In this document: positions 62,001 to 64,000 of the stretch, piece by piece | How positions within the stretch are numbered: position 1 is the first letter of the stretch | How the letters are laid out: each line of letters starts with the position of its first letter | DNA from: Sedimentisphaerales bacterium | GTDB lineage: Bacteria > Planctomycetota > Phycisphaerae > Sedimentisphaerales > SM23-30 | DNA: 64,000 nucleotides | Assembly: GCA_963666285.1 (NCBI GenBank) | Contig: OY762711.1 | Strand: one strand, 5' to 3' | Notes under the pieces: generated by a model | Seen by the model: only the letters and a program-made list of their open reading frames with translations | The model's database searches: none | What the model was told of the DNA's origin: nothing | Made by a program: the position numbers and the translations under genes

Positions 62001-62228
62001 GGCATTATCGCCATGATTAACGATATCACCCAGCTGAGTTAAAAATGCAATATTTTCACTTTCCACATTTTCTGCAACCCATTGCGTCTGATCTGCAAAT
62101 ATTTCAGGATAATCCTGAGAATAAAGCTGGGTATCCGGCAATACCGCGATCTTAAATGATTCCGCCTGTGCATTGGCGATCATTACCAATGAAAGCGTTA
62201 ATATAAACATCAATAGTTTGTTTTTCAT
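59001..62228 (-). CDS. Exported calcineurin-like metallophosphoesterase with repeated C-terminal domains and dockerin-like tail
   Basis: LPDTQ, LGDIV, GNHD, STH, NGH motifs; signal peptide; DYDNSNQIDYVDLAQFAECWL. Confidence 0.87.
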   Translation of the reverse strand: MKNKLLMFILTLSLVMIANAQAESFKIAVLPDTQLYSQDYPEIFADQTQWVAENVESENIAFLTQLGDIVNHGDNADEWANADAAMDLLDGVLPYSVCLGNHDYYTNGDKNDGCFYYDFYFGPSRYYAYKDSWYGGSSRRGTSHYQVFEAGGRTWLHLNMEYLPDVEVLLWAQRVLDAHPDLPTIYSTHAYIKDTAYEGGYEDPNIWSGLPKDGDENTINAIADIGGHGQWTRLINNNDQIFLVLNGHSASTDGEGLLVTENLFGNKVIQVCQDYQYYDNGGNGWMRLYEFDDINNQINVKTYSPTLNGYMDDEDSEFSFSVDFAARFDSIARREEVPTVQAANIKVIQHGTGNEPEDVSVYIPAGQRTEMFGLTDPNDETVPHSNRGDYHPQIGSAYTDDMENGIFFAAIAENGRTNENYATQTVRHFHTASIGHGQEANWLAILTTGQMFGETYYTGAHEDNVNVGAAYFPFSGGWTGGYVCNLDNNGQAYVLKGSENITLGDQLISSDGSMEVGPYNYTYTDGADWQITIPGVDSRYDGVLLACGGKNEDNYAVSGAALDGSGWVISVRDNAQLSKESDPFNFVYVPFETPGIAAGVLSPKLGIYNGSVNSEGLFNFAIEHITTGTIRLTIDGQTPETGTLLISGCVSRYSTDNIVVYEPDGDGWLIYVYDLNNGGATNLQDMNDEGVQFAFIPFENPPAAPGPSRGFDTSDISAADFTVTSTGDISVNQVYGSIIAKSKRNYLSVAACDRGDFYLTRNGARLSAEEGVLLATIRQSLRKESGDSEYYHTVVSPRRDSWLAIAKTTGGEYNADFATAFFPFEAGFTSGHIGSGGNVDYSYGLSVSVTPSYAGYAGRYLFSMQNASPEDGILFAAAQCNNDRFANIAPDGGSWDIAIAESQYSAGYKANDFGYLYVPYTSREIMLGRVSGDGDVVNGNGLFTVTREDTGVYRVSLEGCSPAAGMLVLNSYGTDLFGPARVLISYEDDGDDFIVYTAEDLGSDYAPVAIDSDFVFGYVPFDKNAEFADCSTNMIDFGQFASQWLSSVDSPVFDYDNSNQIDYVDLAQFAECWLR

Positions 62229-62268
62229 GACTTTCTCCTGTATAAATAATATTCTAAATCTTGCATAA

Positions 62269-62286
62269 CATATGCGCGCACATATG
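62269..62286. promoter_or_regulatory. Palindromic operator-like site upstream of the phosphoesterase gene
   Basis: CATATGCGCGCACATATG (16/18 self-complementary), ~40 bp upstream of the start codon. Confidence 0.5.
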
Positions 62287-62339
62287 CTGTATTAACCAGC
62301 CAATTCCAATAACCTGTAAATATCTACTAAAACAAATAT

Positions 62340-62500
62340 GGTGACCTCTGGAAATTGCTTCTGATGCGATAGTTTAAGATTTTGGTTGCTGACAAGGAAC
62401 ATAAAATAGTGCATATTGGGCTATATTTACTGTTTTATGTGACGCATGTCAGCAGGCAAAAGAAAAACTAGTCGCTCAAAATGAATTTTCAGAGGTTGCC
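62340..62500. mobile_element. 161-bp MITE, copy 1
   Basis: TIRs GGTGACCTCTGGAAATT / AATTTTCAGAGGTTGCC; flanked by ATAT on both sides. Confidence 0.85.
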
Positions 62501-63000
62501 ATATGTTTTACGGCAGGTCATGATCGGTAATAAAGTTGCTAAAACAAAACTATTACTGATCATTTTAATGTCGCAGGAATTATACTATGAGATAGTCTGT
62601 ATTTGGATTAAACTAAGGATAATTTAAAGTTAATTTTAGATTGCATATACATTAAATTATCGTGCGAAAAATATTCAGACAATAACACATATGCAGTTCA
62701 TGTATATTGGATCTCCTACCTGTTAAAATATTCCATACCAACCTGATTTATATATTTGATATGAAATCCTAACAAGAGCTGCTGCCGGTCACATTAGATA
62801 TCTAATGCACTAGCAGGTTTATGCTCCGGGCAATATGAGCCATAGTCACGATTAAAGCGGCTTATCTCAATTGGATTACAATCCAGACTGGTATCCTACC
62901 GGTTCGATTTAACATTATATATCAAGAAAATATTTCCTTTGACCACAACCGAATACCTGATATAGTACCTGTTTGATGTAATACTTTGGCTAAATATATA

Positions 63001-63161
63001 GGTGACCTCTGGAAATTGCTTTTGATGCGATAGTTTAAGATTTTGGTTGCTGACAAGGAACATTAAATCGTGTATATTGGGCTATATTCACCGTTTTATG
63101 TGACGCATGTCAGCAGGCAAAAGAAAAACTAGTCGCGCAAAATGAATTTTCTGAGGTTGCC
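63001..63161. mobile_element. 161-bp MITE, copy 2
   Basis: Same length and near-identical sequence to copy 1; flanked by TATA on both sides. Confidence 0.85.
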
Positions 63162-63235
63162 TATAATATCTGTATGCCGATAATTGATTATAAGTAAGAA
63201 AACGGATTGTTTATTGTAAAAGAATGTTGTAAGTT

Positions 63236-64000
63236 ATGAATATAAAAGTAATTATTTTTAAGAGCGTCCTAGTCCTGCTAACGGTAATATGCATATTTTG
63301 GAGTGGAAATAACTTTGTTAACGATACTCCGCTGAACGAGTCTTTAGATGCCAATACCAATATGGTTATGGCCTACCATTATTACAAGACCGGAACTATT
63401 TCACAGGAAAGAAAAATATCGGATAACCCGCCGCCTACCAATTACCGGGAACCGGGATATCCGTTTTACCTGTCATTACTATTGAATGATGACGTTGTAA
63501 GAGATATATCTCTAAAGGATATACACAACAACACTAGACTGCTCCACCACCTGCGAAAATCTGAAATTCACCTGGCAGCAATAACCGGCATATTAGGTTT
63601 TATCCTGATATATATGATCAGTCGCTCATTCTGGTTTTCTTATCTCGGCCTGTTTCTGCTCGGGTTCAACCTGGAAATATTAAATAATATCAATACCCTG
63701 ATGACTGAGCAAATATCGATACCGCTGATGTTATTGTTCAGTATATTCTTCTATAAGGCCATCCAAAAAGAAACTGAAATAAAATACAGGTATATTTTTA
63801 TGGGCCTGGCCGGCCTGGCTATGTCATTAGTCGTACTGTGTAAAGCAATATTCTTGTATATGATGGTTTTTGTACTCGCCCTCATGTGGCTGACCCTGAA
63901 AAGCATTAATAAAAAGCATCTGGCTATTTCGCTAGCTATCTTCCTGATATGTTTTTCTATTCCAACCGGCGGCTGGATGGTCAGGAACAAATCACTGTTC
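63236..64000 (+). CDS. ArnT/PMT-like (GT-C fold) membrane glycosyltransferase, partial (runs off window)
   Basis: Manual translation MNIKVIIFKSVLVLL...NYREPGYPFYL...NTLMTEQISIPL; multiple TM helices; open to the window end. Confidence 0.7.
   Translation, partial: MNIKVIIFKSVLVLLTVICIFWSGNNFVNDTPLNESLDANTNMVMAYHYYKTGTISQERKISDNPPPTNYREPGYPFYLSLLLNDDVVRDISLKDIHNNTRLLHHLRKSEIHLAAITGILGFILIYMISRSFWFSYLGLFLLGFNLEILNNINTLMTEQISIPLMLLFSIFFYKAIQKETEIKYRYIFMGLAGLAMSLVVLCKAIFLYMMVFVLALMWLTLKSINKKHLAISLAIFLICFSIPTGGWMVRNKSLF

Noticed and set aside
63751..63990. 79-aa minus-strand ORF
   Set aside because: Antisense to the partial membrane glycosyltransferase on the + strand

Overview
Bacterial chromosomal window, most likely from a Planctomycetota (Phycisphaerae/Sedimentisphaerales-like) genome. 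The inference rests on DUF1559/prepilin-type proteins, dockerin-like C-termini, a HzsA-like protein and an hpf-PTS cluster. The left end is housekeeping: partial comEC, tgt, RNase E/G, ptsI/ptsH/EIIA/hpf, a hybrid kinase plus PilZ protein, and a BlaI/BlaR1 pair with visible operators. The centre (~21-54 kb) is strongly C-rich on the + strand, carries mostly minus-strand accessory genes, and its intergenic spaces are filled with 7-bp repeats and a modular repeat scaffold holding optional 23-28 bp hairpin inserts. The most notable locus is an intact-looking module under a CI/LexA-type switch: HTH regulator, ABC ATPase, GNAT, putative small terminase and large terminase, with no portal, capsid or integrase gene. 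Next to it is an autoregulated ORF+XRE pair. Also present are a TcmP/DUF5131 pair, a sigma54-type promoter before a REC-groES-groEL run, a phosphoesterase/pilin-like cluster, and two 161-bp MITEs with 4-bp target duplications. No rRNA, tRNA, CRISPR array or transposase was recognised. All product calls come from motif recognition by eye, not from database searches.
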